A DNA stretch of 64,000 nt from a virus, in the IMG/VR virus record IMGVR_UViG_3300022719_000152, positions 74,639 through 138,638 of that record, one strand, 5' to 3'. Each line of letters starts with the position of its first letter. Positions within the stretch are counted from its first letter, which is position 1. The notes beneath the pieces are model-generated. The model saw only the letters and a list, made by a program, of their open reading frames with translations, was not told the DNA's origin and did no database searches. The translations under genes and the position numbers were made by a program. This document shows, piece after piece, positions 1 through 9,566 of the stretch.

Positions 1-256
1 GACGGTGCCCTGCTCGAGCGGCGCGCATGGTCCGAGTGCGAGGACTACGTGCCATGTGTCGGACCAACACATGGAGCATGGGTCGATTGGCGATCTCATC
101 TCGGCGTTTGGCGTCAGCCTCGGCTGCGGCTGCGGCTTCCTCTTCTGCCTTGGCAGCAGCCTCCTCAGCCTCTTTGGCTTTGAGTGCCTCGAGCTGTTCC
201 CGTTCCTCATCGGACATCGTGGGACTCTCGGCAGCGTCGTTCTTGTCTTCGGACAT
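1..256 (-). CDS. Hypothetical virion protein downstream of major capsid (5' part only; runs off window)
   Basis: ATG at 256 preceded by AGGAG SD; open frame MSEDKNDAAESPTMSDEEREQLEALKAKEAEE... to window edge; not in ORF track. Confidence 0.7.
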   Translation of the reverse strand, partial: MSEDKNDAAESPTMSDEEREQLEALKAKEAEEAAAKAEEEAAAAAEADAKRRDEIANRPMLHVLVRHMARSPRTRTMRAARAGHR

Positions 257-268
257 CTGGGGTCTCCT

Positions 269-312
269 AAAATAAAGCCCCTGGGCTCGGACCGAAGCCC
301 AGGCCCAGGGGC
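269..312 (-). terminator. Intrinsic terminator after major capsid gene
   Basis: GCCCCTGGGC/GCCCAGGGGC stem with inner stem and TTCG loop, then TTTATTTT on minus strand. Confidence 0.75.
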
Positions 313-349
313 CACTCAATTCACAACGAAAACAGCTAGAGAAGTGCTC

Positions 350-1474
350 TTAGAACACTTGGACGTCGGGGAAGTGCAACCCGGCGTCAACCCGGTTGTT
401 CTCCGCCCCGAGATCCTCCTCGGCTGCCGGCAACTTCGCCTCGAAGCCGGTGTCCGTCGCGGTCGGACGAACCGAACCACGATAGAGCTCCAGCTTCCGA
501 CAAGCTGCGATGTTGATGATCCCCATGCCGATGTCCTCCCAGGACTGCCAGGTGATCACGTTCGCAATCTTGTCGATGTAGAACTTGGTGTTGTTCAGGA
601 TGTAGAACTTCCCGAAGAACTGAGGCGACGTGAAGACGTAGACATTCCCCGTGCGGAGGATGTCGGTCTTCACAGTACGAATCACCTTGCGTCCCAGCAG
701 GGTGTTGTACTTGTAGCCGTCCACCACGGTCTCGGACTGAATCTTGTCACCCATGTCCTCGACGGTCCACTGAAGGACGTCGTCGTGGTCGGGCTCCGTG
801 ATCAGCACTCGCTCAGACCGCAACCGATTCCCATCGAGCAGCTTGAACAGGTTCACGAAGTCCGGCCGTTGGATGGGCCGCACCAAGAAGTCCACACCGT
901 CGGCGGCGAGAGCGAGCTCCCCCTTCACAACGCTCACCACCTGAGCATTGGGATCCAATGCGCGGATGTTGGTAGCGTTGTACTCCACCGTGGTCGTGGC
1001 GTTGGTCTCCGTCTGGAGAGCCTGGACCCCCGACTCGATGTGACGGGTGAACTCCCGGTCCTCGATCTCTTGGATGTCCTTGACGGAGTTGTCCTCGATG
1101 ATCTTGGTGATCGGCATCTCGTAGGCCAAGAGCTCTTGCTCCGTCTTCTCGAACTTCTCCGAAGAGATCGTGAAGAACGGAACCTCTGCCTTCGGCCCGC
1201 GGATGAACCTCGCCGTGGGTTGGTCCCGGAAGGTGATAGCCATGGCGCGGCTTTGGGGCTCGACGTCCACGATCTTCACCAGGGTGTCATGGTTGACGGA
1301 TCGCTGCGTGTCCGCCCGAGTGACTTGCTCGGGTGGTAGGACGTGTCGTGCATATGACACCTCACGCAGACGGTCGCGGATCCAAGAACCACCCATCTCT
1401 GCGACCTTCTGCTTCCCTTCTTGGGAATCGAGGCGGGTGTTAAAAAGCTCAATGTTCGCTTGAACCAAACTCAT
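350..1474 (-). CDS. Major capsid protein (putative HK97 fold)
   Basis: 374 aa, strong codon bias, AAGGAG SD, last gene of protease-scaffold-decoration cluster, followed by terminator. Confidence 0.7.
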   Translation of the reverse strand: MSLVQANIELFNTRLDSQEGKQKVAEMGGSWIRDRLREVSYARHVLPPEQVTRADTQRSVNHDTLVKIVDVEPQSRAMAITFRDQPTARFIRGPKAEVPFFTISSEKFEKTEQELLAYEMPITKIIEDNSVKDIQEIEDREFTRHIESGVQALQTETNATTTVEYNATNIRALDPNAQVVSVVKGELALAADGVDFLVRPIQRPDFVNLFKLLDGNRLRSERVLITEPDHDDVLQWTVEDMGDKIQSETVVDGYKYNTLLGRKVIRTVKTDILRTGNVYVFTSPQFFGKFYILNNTKFYIDKIANVITWQSWEDIGMGIINIAACRKLELYRGSVRPTATDTGFEAKLPAAEEDLGAENNRVDAGLHFPDVQVF

Positions 1475-1497
1475 TTTCGAAAACTCCTTGTTCGAGT

Positions 1498-1537
1498 CTT
1501 AGTTTCTAGTTCCCTAGCTTCCTAGTTCCCTAGTCCC
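1498..1537. repeat. Five imperfect 8-nt tandem repeats (CTAGTTCC) in capsid leader
   Basis: CTAG at 1506, 1514, 1522, 1530 plus cttagttt at 1498. Confidence 0.8.
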
Positions 1538-1542
1538 CGCTC

Positions 1543-2013
1543 TTACGGATTGCTCCGAACGAAGCGCAGAAAGCCACCATTATTCGCCGGCAGGCGAGTA
1601 ACACGTCCGATTTCGTACCCCGCGGACAAGAGCCCGAGGCCACGACGGATGACACCGCCGATGTCGAGATCGAAGACCGAGACCGCGGAACCCACCACCA
1701 TGGAGGTGGAATCCATGATGAGGGTGTCCGCCTCGTACCCTCCCAGGTACAAGAAGGGACCCTTCTGGATCGCTTGGGTATCGTAGCGACCTCGCTCTGC
1801 GAAGTAGGCGTAGGACGGGACCGTAGCCTCGTCCGTCAGATTACCCGCGTTGTTTCCGCCGCGAGCCATCTTGTACGCCGTATCGAGCTGCAAGAACTCG
1901 CCCTCTACGAGGGGACGGACGTCATTGGGATTTAGGATTGCTGGAGCTGCGAGCTCAAACGGACGACGATGAATCGTCTGAAACTCGCTCACGAGCTTGA
2001 AGTTGATAGCCAT
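1543..2013 (-). CDS. Putative head decoration/capsid cement protein
   Basis: 156 aa immediately upstream of MCP, GGAGG SD, beta-rich small protein. Confidence 0.5.
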   Translation of the reverse strand: MAINFKLVSEFQTIHRRPFELAAPAILNPNDVRPLVEGEFLQLDTAYKMARGGNNAGNLTDEATVPSYAYFAERGRYDTQAIQKGPFLYLGGYEADTLIMDSTSMVVGSAVSVFDLDIGGVIRRGLGLLSAGYEIGRVTRLPANNGGFLRFVRSNP

Positions 2014-2070
2014 TGGTAGATACCTCCAAAAAAGATTTCCGTTTAAGGGTTACTTGGCTGGCCTAGACCC

Positions 2071-2430
2071 TTACGACCCCCGAATGTCCTCGCCGGTTTG
2101 AATGAAGTGCACGAACGGGTCGGCACCACCGCCGGGTACGGCGTCGTCCGGATTGCCAAAGAAGTTGCCCTGGGGAGCCGCCATCTTGATGGCTTCCTCA
2201 GTTGCATCGAGGTTCTTGGCCTTCTTCAAACCCGCGATCTTCTGATTGAGATCCTTGTCTGAATCGAGGCCCTTCTCCTCCATCTGTTGTGCAATCTTGA
2301 CCACACGCTCGTGGTGGGTCCGATCATTGAGCTCCTGTTGAAGCTCAGCGTTCTTTTCCACCAACGTCCGAATGGTTGCCCCCGCAGTCTTGAGGAGGGC
2401 AGCCGCATCGCTTGAACTTACCTTCTGCAT
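2071..2430 (-). CDS. Small helical head/scaffold-associated protein (KxA motifs)
   Basis: Start revised to ATG 2430 (AAAGGA SD); KTA, KIA x2, KMA motifs. Confidence 0.65.
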   Translation of the reverse strand: MQKVSSSDAAALLKTAGATIRTLVEKNAELQQELNDRTHHERVVKIAQQMEEKGLDSDKDLNQKIAGLKKAKNLDATEEAIKMAAPQGNFFGNPDDAVPGGGADPFVHFIQTGEDIRGS

Positions 2431-2464
2431 TGCTGTCACTGTTCCTTTCGCCACTGGGGCAGGT

Positions 2465-4141
2465 TTAGGCCATGGGCATCGGAGGAGGAGAACCAGCGCC
2501 GGCCATGCCGCCGCCCATGGACATACCGCCCATGCCATCCTTCTCTTCAGGCCCAACTCCCTCCGCCGGAGCTTCTGGCGGGACACCTTCAGCGCCTTCG
2601 GCTTCCGCCAGCATGAGTTCAGCCGCAGCCAACTCTTCTGGGGTCACCCCAGCCGCAGCAGCGTCAATGGCTTCATCGGACGGAGCGCCTTCTGCTCCTG
2701 CTGCTCCCTCTGCTTCTAGGGCCGCCTCAGGCGGGACCTCATCGTCAGGAGGAGCAGCGAGCTCGCCACCATTCGGAGGCACGCTCCCACCCGCTTCATC
2801 CATGGCACTCTTTGCCTTGGCTAGTTTTTCGGCGCCTTCAGGGGATCCCTGGAGACGACGGAGGAGCTCCCTTGCCGCGGAGATCTTCACACCCGCACCG
2901 GAGGTGTTGTCCAACGACTGCTGGAGCACATTGTCATTGGCCGACGAGTGCGCCTTCTCAGAGAGAAGCTCGCCCATAGCCGACCGAGTATTTTGAGTCT
3001 TCGCCTGTTGCTTGGTCGCATTCATGGCCGCGTCATTCGAGTTGACCAGGTCACGACCAACGCCCTCACCAGAGGAGGGGGCGCTGCTGCGAGGCGTGTT
3101 GCTCCCGGCTTCCGCACCCTGGGACAGTTGCGACGGTTGCCCAGCCTCAGACTGGAGAACCGGCGTTGTGCCCGCAGAGATGGTCGCTGGGAACAGCGCG
3201 TCCTCAGCCTCTTTCTTGAGGCCGAGATGACGAGTGATGAGAGCCTTGGCTTCCTTCTCGGGGTACCCCGAGTCCATGGCTTCCTTGAGCAGCGCACTGG
3301 CTTGCTTCAGGGTCTCCCCGGAAACAGTCTCGGCACCAGGCTTGGCCTGGTCTTGTGCTGCCACAGTGGCTTTCGCCTTCGCTTTGAGCTCTGCTGGCAG
3401 CGCCTGCATCTCTGCTGCTCGCTTCTGGATCATGACCAGGCCGGTATTGGCGGAGATCTTACCCTCCTTCACCATGGTCTGGATTTGGTGAGCTTCCTTA
3501 GTGAGCTGCGCGGCAGTCTTCTGAGTGCCAGTGCTCTGATCCCCACCGGGTTGCTTCAGGAGAGTGTCCGGCTGCTCGGCCATCATCATCTCCTTGTTGC
3601 TCTCCAAGGCTCCGCTCGAAGAGTCACTGGGGAAGGTGTTCTCGGAAGGACCCACCGACTTGGGCGATTGGTGCGCCGGCATAGCGTCACCGCTCTGGCC
3701 AGCTTCCATGACCCCATCACCCTGAGCGTTGTTCGGCTCAGAGGGAACGGCATTCGAGCCGCCTACGCCAGTGCCCCCGCTCTCAGGAGTCACCGTTTTG
3801 GGAGACACAGAATCTGAGTTAGCCTCCTGAATCTGGTGCTGCTTGTCCTGAGGCTGATCACTGAGGTCGGCCGCCCTCTTCAACATGGCGCTGCTGATCG
3901 CCTCGAACTCCGCCAACTTCTCTTGGGGAGAGCGAGTGTCGTTGACCATGTGAATGTTCTTGGCCAGGTGGTCACAGGCGTCTGCGATCTTGAGAAACTC
4001 TTCGTTCGTGCCGGCGAGCTTCTGCTTTTTAGGGGGTGTTGAACCGGCGGGCGCAGCAGTCTTGTTCATTCCCGTGTCTTTCAACTGGGAATGAGAGTCT
4101 TCCAGCACCTGCGATACCATTTCGTAAACGGTGACAGTCAT
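2465..4141 (-). CDS. Putative scaffold/internal head protein, low-complexity, many KxA motifs
   Basis: 558 aa acidic/Ala-rich; KTAA, KLAG, KLAE, KRAA, KQAS, KEAE etc. Confidence 0.6.
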   Translation of the reverse strand: MTVTVYEMVSQVLEDSHSQLKDTGMNKTAAPAGSTPPKKQKLAGTNEEFLKIADACDHLAKNIHMVNDTRSPQEKLAEFEAISSAMLKRAADLSDQPQDKQHQIQEANSDSVSPKTVTPESGGTGVGGSNAVPSEPNNAQGDGVMEAGQSGDAMPAHQSPKSVGPSENTFPSDSSSGALESNKEMMMAEQPDTLLKQPGGDQSTGTQKTAAQLTKEAHQIQTMVKEGKISANTGLVMIQKRAAEMQALPAELKAKAKATVAAQDQAKPGAETVSGETLKQASALLKEAMDSGYPEKEAKALITRHLGLKKEAEDALFPATISAGTTPVLQSEAGQPSQLSQGAEAGSNTPRSSAPSSGEGVGRDLVNSNDAAMNATKQQAKTQNTRSAMGELLSEKAHSSANDNVLQQSLDNTSGAGVKISAARELLRRLQGSPEGAEKLAKAKSAMDEAGGSVPPNGGELAAPPDDEVPPEAALEAEGAAGAEGAPSDEAIDAAAAGVTPEELAAAELMLAEAEGAEGVPPEAPAEGVGPEEKDGMGGMSMGGGMAGAGSPPPMPMA

Positions 4142-4151
4142 TGAGGTCTCC

Positions 4152-4430
4152 TTAGGATCTCACGGGCGGCGGAGGTACTGCCTTTGACGTCTGAGTCGTC
4201 AAAGAGAACGCCGCCGACGGCGGTTTGTTATGGACCATTGTGTAATTCTGAGCCTTCGCCTCTTCCTTCAGGGGACTGGGAGGCGTGGTCCCGCGAGATG
4301 TTCCGCCCGCGATGTTCGTGCCTTTGTAGCTGGACTTAGTCTCGGCAACATTGGAAGCATCGCTTCCTGTGCCCAGGTTTGCCAGCTTGGCAAGTTCATC
4401 AACGAACGAAATCATCTCTACGGAACCCAT
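4152..4430 (-). CDS. Small internal virion protein with FVDELAKLA leader
   Basis: Start revised to ATG 4430 (GGAG upstream); MGSVEMISFVDELAKLAN. Confidence 0.6.
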   Translation of the reverse strand: MGSVEMISFVDELAKLANLGTGSDASNVAETKSSYKGTNIAGGTSRGTTPPSPLKEEAKAQNYTMVHNKPPSAAFSLTTQTSKAVPPPPVRS

Positions 4431-4440
4431 CGACTCAGTC

Positions 4441-5154
4441 TTACTCCAGGTACCCGCTCTCCTTGAGCAACTCGATACCCCGGGCCTCAACTGCGGCAGC
4501 CAACTTGGCTTCCAGCTCCTGGTCAGACGCTTCGGGCGCCTGTTGCTGCGTCTCGATGCCAGCTTCTGCTAGCTTCGCCAGCGCCCACTCCGTCGCCATC
4601 TGATCGAGAGCAGACATTTGCTTCTCAGCCGCTGCGCCCTTCTCGATGCCAACATTGGCCCGGAGCTGAGAGATCAAGTCGTTCTGTGCAGACGCGGTCT
4701 TCTCAGCCGCAGCAGGAGCTCCCATGGGAGCGAGGTGGTCGGAGAACCCCTTGTCTTGAGCAGTCTTGCGAATGCTCCCGAGCTCTTGCCACATCGAGTG
4801 AGCCATCACACGGCCGGCGCGGTCTGCCGCTGCCATCTTCTCCGCTTCTGACTCACCCTCCTCCTTCTTCTCTTCTTTCTTCTCTTCCTTCTTCTCTTCC
4901 TTCTTCTCCTTGAGCTCAGGCGGCATCTCACCACCCATCGCTTCCTTCACGATGGCGGAGTCGTTGCCCCAGAAGTGGTGGGCCAACTTCACGACGTCAT
5001 CGCCGCTCAACTTGTCCACGTCCACTCCCTCTGCCTGCATTACGTTGCCCAGCATGTGAGCCTCGGCGAGTTTCTCAACGTCGCTTTGGCTGGAAGAGGT
5101 ACCAATCTCTTGATTGGTGTTGAAGATCTTAGTCAGGAAAGGATCCATACTCAT
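4441..5154 (-). CDS. Putative scaffold/internal head protein with EEKK repeats and KxA motifs
   Basis: 237 aa, AGGAG SD, EKLAE, VKLAH, VKEAM, EKMAA, EKTAS. Confidence 0.65.
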   Translation of the reverse strand: MSMDPFLTKIFNTNQEIGTSSSQSDVEKLAEAHMLGNVMQAEGVDVDKLSGDDVVKLAHHFWGNDSAIVKEAMGGEMPPELKEKKEEKKEEKKEEKKEEGESEAEKMAAADRAGRVMAHSMWQELGSIRKTAQDKGFSDHLAPMGAPAAAEKTASAQNDLISQLRANVGIEKGAAAEKQMSALDQMATEWALAKLAEAGIETQQQAPEASDQELEAKLAAAVEARGIELLKESGYLE

Positions 5155-5259
5155 GTTCTCTTTCTCCTAAAAATGGTGAGGTGACTACCTCGTTGGATGT
5201 TTCCTCCAAGTTCCACGCTGGCACCTCTGCAAGGATGAGGTTCCTCTCATGCCTACGAT

Positions 5260-8200
5260 CTAAGCAGGAAGAATGACTTCTGGTGGCCCCTTGCCCGTCC
5301 ACACTTTGTGGCCTGCGACAAGAAGGTCGTCGAACAATTCCTTGGACCGAGGATGCTTCATCAACTCCCTCAGTCCGGCGCCCACCCCCATGGTGGTTAG
5401 CCACGGATGCTCCGCGACGAAACTCCTGAGCGCTCCCATCTCTTCCCCTCGGCGTTGTTTGCCTTGGAGATGTGCTGAATACATCATTGTGATGGGAATG
5501 GCTCCGAGCACGACTGCTAGCGTCCGTGGGTCTACCGTTCCAGAAGAGGCGGTTTTTCCGAACGAGTCCTCCAGCGATGCGCCGTGAAGCGCTACGTGAA
5601 GTTTTGGATTGTTCGGCACTGCCCATGCTGCGTCTCCGGCGAGCTTCATTTGCTCTCGACGGTACCAAGTGTACGCCGCTGAGACCTTGGACAGAAGAGG
5701 TGAATTGACTTCCTTGCGGGGCGTCCGAGGGGCCGGCGCTGCAATGGTGATGCGCACAATTCGGCGCTTCAGAGGCGGGCCGAAGTAGGACTTGTCCCGC
5801 AAAAAGGGCAAGAGCTTGTCCAACAAGCCTTCGAGGCTGTGATCTAAGCTCAGAGGGCTGCACGGAGCACACTCCCCATCCACGGGCTTGAATACAGCAC
5901 TGTCATTGTCCAATGAATCTGCAAGGTCCGTCTTTCCCATCGCCGCCAGCGCGATCCGTTGGAATTCCTCTGGTTTCAACACCATCCCCATGGATGTAGG
6001 TGTCGCCAAAGCACCCTCGAGACCGCAATCTCCCATCTCGTTCAAGAGCTCGGGAGGTAGAGACGGCTCAGACTCAGACAGTGCAGGGGCCACTCGACCC
6101 ACTGCCTTATCTGGGCCCACCCGCTTTATTATGTCAGCCCACTTGAGGTGGGAAGCGATTTTATCGTCCGAGGCCATCTTCAGGAGATCTATGGCAGTAG
6201 GAACCCTCGGAGCGGAGGCTTGCTTGGCCTTCTCGGAGCTCCCCATACCTGACCCGGTCACCTCTGCGCGAATGTGGTCCTTACCGTCCTCGCCCTTGTT
6301 CTTCCATACCCTCTGCCGCCGGCGGGCATCTTGATTCTGGGCACTGGTGAAGAGGTCCTCCAACTGAAGGTCCACGTTGCCGGGCTGAGTGTCGATGAAC
6401 GCTACCTTCTCCTTGTGGAATTGCTTCTTCATGAGGCCCTTCTTGAACATGTCGAAGGTCATCGTGGTAACAGAGCGGAGGTAGTCTGCTTTGTCATAGT
6501 GTGCCAGGTAGGCGTTCGTAGCCTGCTCAATCGACTTGAATCCAACCATCACCTTGTCTTCGTCATGCTCTCCCTTGTTAGGGCCTCGAACGAAGTTCTG
6601 GTGGATGATGTAGACGTTCGGTGCATCGAAGTATGGCCCAACATACACATCGAGAGGGTCGCCGTCGGTACCCTCACTCTTCTGAAACTCCCCGTAGGGA
6701 ATATGCATCTTGGTCTGCCAACCTCTGCCTGTACGATATGTACCCGGGGCGTTCTCCACATTGATGGTGAGTCCACGGAACTTGATGGTGCCGACGAAAG
6801 GAAAATCGGGGCGGTTGGGCTGTGGTGGAGGGCCAATCTTGATCTTCTTGGCGTCCTTCCAGACCTTGGGCAAGTTCGCTTTGGCAGTGTAGAACCGCAT
6901 GACCTTACTTCGCTGGCTGGCACCTAGCTTAGCGAGGTTCGCATCCTCTGCAGGCCGCTTGCGCACATTGTCCGGCATCGACGACTGAACAGGAATCTTC
7001 CTCTCTGTCTCCTTGATGACCGTCTTCGGGTTCTCATCTGGGTTGGAGTGGACGTCGATGTTGTCTGTCTCGGTCATGCCCAACTTTGCTTGCTCACTCA
7101 CCCGCTCGCGTGGGTTGACCATGTAGTCTTCACTCAGCCTAGAGCTGGGCTCGTATTTCTCAGGATGTCGAAGGTCTACCACGTCGGGGCCAGCGGTCTT
7201 AGGCTCGTGGTCTGGAGCATACTCCTCATTGTCATCAGTACCCCGACCCATGCGGTCGTTGGTCTTCAGAGGCCCATGAACATCATCTCCTAGCCGGCGG
7301 TCAGTCTGTGGATCCTCTTTGCTCATGAGGAGCTTCCCATCGCCCGGGATGTCCAGATTTGAAAAGCTGACCTGGTCAGGTTTTTTGTCCGGCCGCTGAG
7401 ACAGAAACTCTTCCTGGTCTGAGGCTCTGTTGACGTCATCCCCTGCCAAGTAGGCCCCACCTACTCCCGCTCCAGTGTGGAGATTGACGTTGGCCATCTT
7501 GTTTTTGGATGTCTGTGATGGCTCAGTGAGAGCACCGATATTGACGTCCTCTCGTTCTGTCTCTCGCTGGAGCTGCTCCTTGTTAGGCTTGTACTTGGTG
7601 CCCCCCACATAGAGGAACTCTGGACCATCTCCATCGATGCTGAGCTTCAAGCCTCGGCTAGAACCCCAACCCCCCAACCTGTTCATGGTCTCCAAGAGAA
7701 CATCGATACGCTTGATGACGTCTGGGTGCCCCTCTACTTCGTAGGTTCGCTTTTCCCCACCCTGAGCCTTAGCGACCTTCTCCATGCTCGACGACTTCAC
7801 AACACCGTCATCATTGCTGGAGATCCCGTAGACCAGTTCGGCATCCATCACCGATTGAGGAACCACAACACCAGAGGCCAGCTTGCACATCATCTTGGCG
7901 GTCTTGTCGGCGCCGATGAAGACAAAGCTGATATCGAAGAACCGTGGGTGGTAGTTAACGACGCCTACTCGGCGGCCGTCTTCAAGAATGCGGCCCATGC
8001 CTAACTGAGTGATGCAACAACAGTAGTCTTTGGTGGTTCTAGATTTGTGACCGCAACAGGTGCAGACGTCATACGGAACTTTGCAGCCCATCGATACATC
8101 ACAGTATTCACCTGCATCAATCTTATCTACTACGTGCTGGGCTCCGTGCTGTGAAGCAAGCTCGCGGTCAAGGATAACGACAAGCTCCACTCTTCGCATC

Positions 8201-8613
8201 TTCGCATTCCAGACGGCGACAACGACTTCCCCGAATGCTCTGGAAGGATCTTTATTCTTGTGGTGGACGAAGGGGTGGGCATCAAGGAACGTCTTGTGTC
8301 CATAGGGCGGAACGGTCTTCCCCGTGAAGTCATCCATGGGGTAATGGCCATTGAACGTGAGGTGATTGTGGACGAGAGAGGATTCCGGGAAGACATCTCC
8401 GTTGACATTCTGCCCCCAATACTCTGAAGCGCCGAGAGCATTGACCAGAATGGGTATCTTGCCTTCAACTGGTTTGTACTCGCTGAGCCACTTTTGGACA
8501 TCGGGTAGCATGGTTCCTGCTACCTTCGTGATCTGGTCCCCGGGATGAAAGACTCGAGTGAGGGGCTCCCCTCCCTTCGAGACACCCTGGAATGTGGCTA
8601 GTTTAATAAGCAT
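5260..8613 (-). CDS. Prohead maturation protease polyprotein with internal inorganic pyrophosphatase (InPase-type) domain
   Basis: N-term NVNGDVF...FVHH...G...DVSMGC + CxxC...RFFDISFV-GAD protease-like domain; internal INVENAPGTYR..W..M...YG.....GTDGDPLDVYVGP...DEDKVMVGF PPase motif. Confidence 0.75.
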   Translation of the reverse strand: MLIKLATFQGVSKGGEPLTRVFHPGDQITKVAGTMLPDVQKWLSEYKPVEGKIPILVNALGASEYWGQNVNGDVFPESSLVHNHLTFNGHYPMDDFTGKTVPPYGHKTFLDAHPFVHHKNKDPSRAFGEVVVAVWNAKMRRVELVVILDRELASQHGAQHVVDKIDAGEYCDVSMGCKVPYDVCTCCGHKSRTTKDYCCCITQLGMGRILEDGRRVGVVNYHPRFFDISFVFIGADKTAKMMCKLASGVVVPQSVMDAELVYGISSNDDGVVKSSSMEKVAKAQGGEKRTYEVEGHPDVIKRIDVLLETMNRLGGWGSSRGLKLSIDGDGPEFLYVGGTKYKPNKEQLQRETEREDVNIGALTEPSQTSKNKMANVNLHTGAGVGGAYLAGDDVNRASDQEEFLSQRPDKKPDQVSFSNLDIPGDGKLLMSKEDPQTDRRLGDDVHGPLKTNDRMGRGTDDNEEYAPDHEPKTAGPDVVDLRHPEKYEPSSRLSEDYMVNPRERVSEQAKLGMTETDNIDVHSNPDENPKTVIKETERKIPVQSSMPDNVRKRPAEDANLAKLGASQRSKVMRFYTAKANLPKVWKDAKKIKIGPPPQPNRPDFPFVGTIKFRGLTINVENAPGTYRTGRGWQTKMHIPYGEFQKSEGTDGDPLDVYVGPYFDAPNVYIIHQNFVRGPNKGEHDEDKVMVGFKSIEQATNAYLAHYDKADYLRSVTTMTFDMFKKGLMKKQFHKEKVAFIDTQPGNVDLQLEDLFTSAQNQDARRRQRVWKNKGEDGKDHIRAEVTGSGMGSSEKAKQASAPRVPTAIDLLKMASDDKIASHLKWADIIKRVGPDKAVGRVAPALSESEPSLPPELLNEMGDCGLEGALATPTSMGMVLKPEEFQRIALAAMGKTDLADSLDNDSAVFKPVDGECAPCSPLSLDHSLEGLLDKLLPFLRDKSYFGPPLKRRIVRITIAAPAPRTPRKEVNSPLLSKVSAAYTWYRREQMKLAGDAAWAVPNNPKLHVALHGASLEDSFGKTASSGTVDPRTLAVVLGAIPITMMYSAHLQGKQRRGEEMGALRSFVAEHPWLTTMGVGAGLRELMKHPRSKELFDDLLVAGHKVWTGKGPPEVILPA

Positions 8614-8624
8614 TCGAACTCAGA

Positions 8625-9269
8625 CTATTCTTCGCCCATCTTCTTTTCCTTGATGGCAAGCTCTCGGTCCTTGAAGGCAAGCTCTCGGTCCTGAAGATGA
8701 GAAGATCGAATTTTCTGGCCGACGCCGATGAGGTCCAGGCCAGCTTGCGGTGAGAACGCCGGAGCAGTGTGTCGAGCTGCGTCAGACATTTCCTTGCGGG
8801 CTTTTACGAGCTGGTTGACCTGGTCAACATTCACTCGTGCCATATCGAGGGTGTTCTCCACAAACGCTCCCGCAACCATGGGATCCGCAGCGTATTCTGG
8901 GTTGAACCGATGGAGCGTACTGAAGGCTCTCTGCATTGCCTTCGAGTCCTTGCCTCTCAGATCAGGGTTAGCTCTGATCATCTCCTTGTAGTTGTCGGCT
9001 TTCTCTTCTTCTGCCTGGCTAGCTCGATAGCCACTGAGTGCAGTGTTTGCCAAAGCGGACCCACCTGTGAGGGCGACACCGGCGAGCAACGGTGGAATGG
9101 TCATCTCTGCAACCCGGCCCCAGTTGATAGCCAGTTTCTCTAGGCGAGCCTTTATCGAAGGATCAGCCTCTGCAGCCTTGAGCATCTCAGCGACGTTAGA
9201 GCCAATACGCTCCACCTGCTCCGCGGTGAGCTGACCCTCTGCAGCCAACTTCTCTACAAACTTGCTCAT
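8625..9269 (-). CDS. Internal virion protein with hydrophobic segment
   Basis: 214 aa; EKLAA, EKLAI followed by hydrophobic Gly/Ala helix. Confidence 0.6.
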   Translation of the reverse strand: MSKFVEKLAAEGQLTAEQVERIGSNVAEMLKAAEADPSIKARLEKLAINWGRVAEMTIPPLLAGVALTGGSALANTALSGYRASQAEEEKADNYKEMIRANPDLRGKDSKAMQRAFSTLHRFNPEYAADPMVAGAFVENTLDMARVNVDQVNQLVKARKEMSDAARHTAPAFSPQAGLDLIGVGQKIRSSHLQDRELAFKDRELAIKEKKMGEE

Positions 9270-9281
9270 GAGAACCTCCGA

Positions 9282-9566
9282 TCAGAACGGATTGAACTTC
9301 GGTACGACTGGTTTTACCCCTCTATAGCCTCGACGGGAGAGTTCTAGTGCCTTCTGACTGCGAGAGATTCCCTCCATCATCGGACCTGCTGCAGCAGATG
9401 CGCCCCCTGCAGCAGCGAGAGAGGCCATGGGGAACTTCCGCACTCCCTTACCCACCATCCGAGTACCAAAGCCAACACCTTTGAGAAGCCCCTTCCCCAA
9501 AGCTGCACCAAGACCTGCCTCTTTGGTGAGCTCTCCTGCCATTCGACTAGAGTGTAATAGGCTCAC
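9282..9566 (-). CDS. Small Gly-rich amphipathic virion protein
   Basis: GELTKEA followed by GLGAALGKGLLKGVGFG; true start may be MAGEL. Confidence 0.55.
   Translation of the reverse strand: MSLLHSSRMAGELTKEAGLGAALGKGLLKGVGFGTRMVGKGVRKFPMASLAAAGGASAAAGPMMEGISRSQKALELSRRGYRGVKPVVPKFNPF

Noticed and set aside
5-1339. 444-aa plus-strand ORF
   Set aside because: Antisense shadow of the codon-biased capsid gene; no SD and no recognisable motifs.
4860-4912. Purine/pyrimidine-biased tandem repeat
   Set aside because: Encodes an EEKK low-complexity tract.
8655-8692. 21-nt-period direct repeat
   Set aside because: Simple coding duplication (DRELAFK/DRELAIK).
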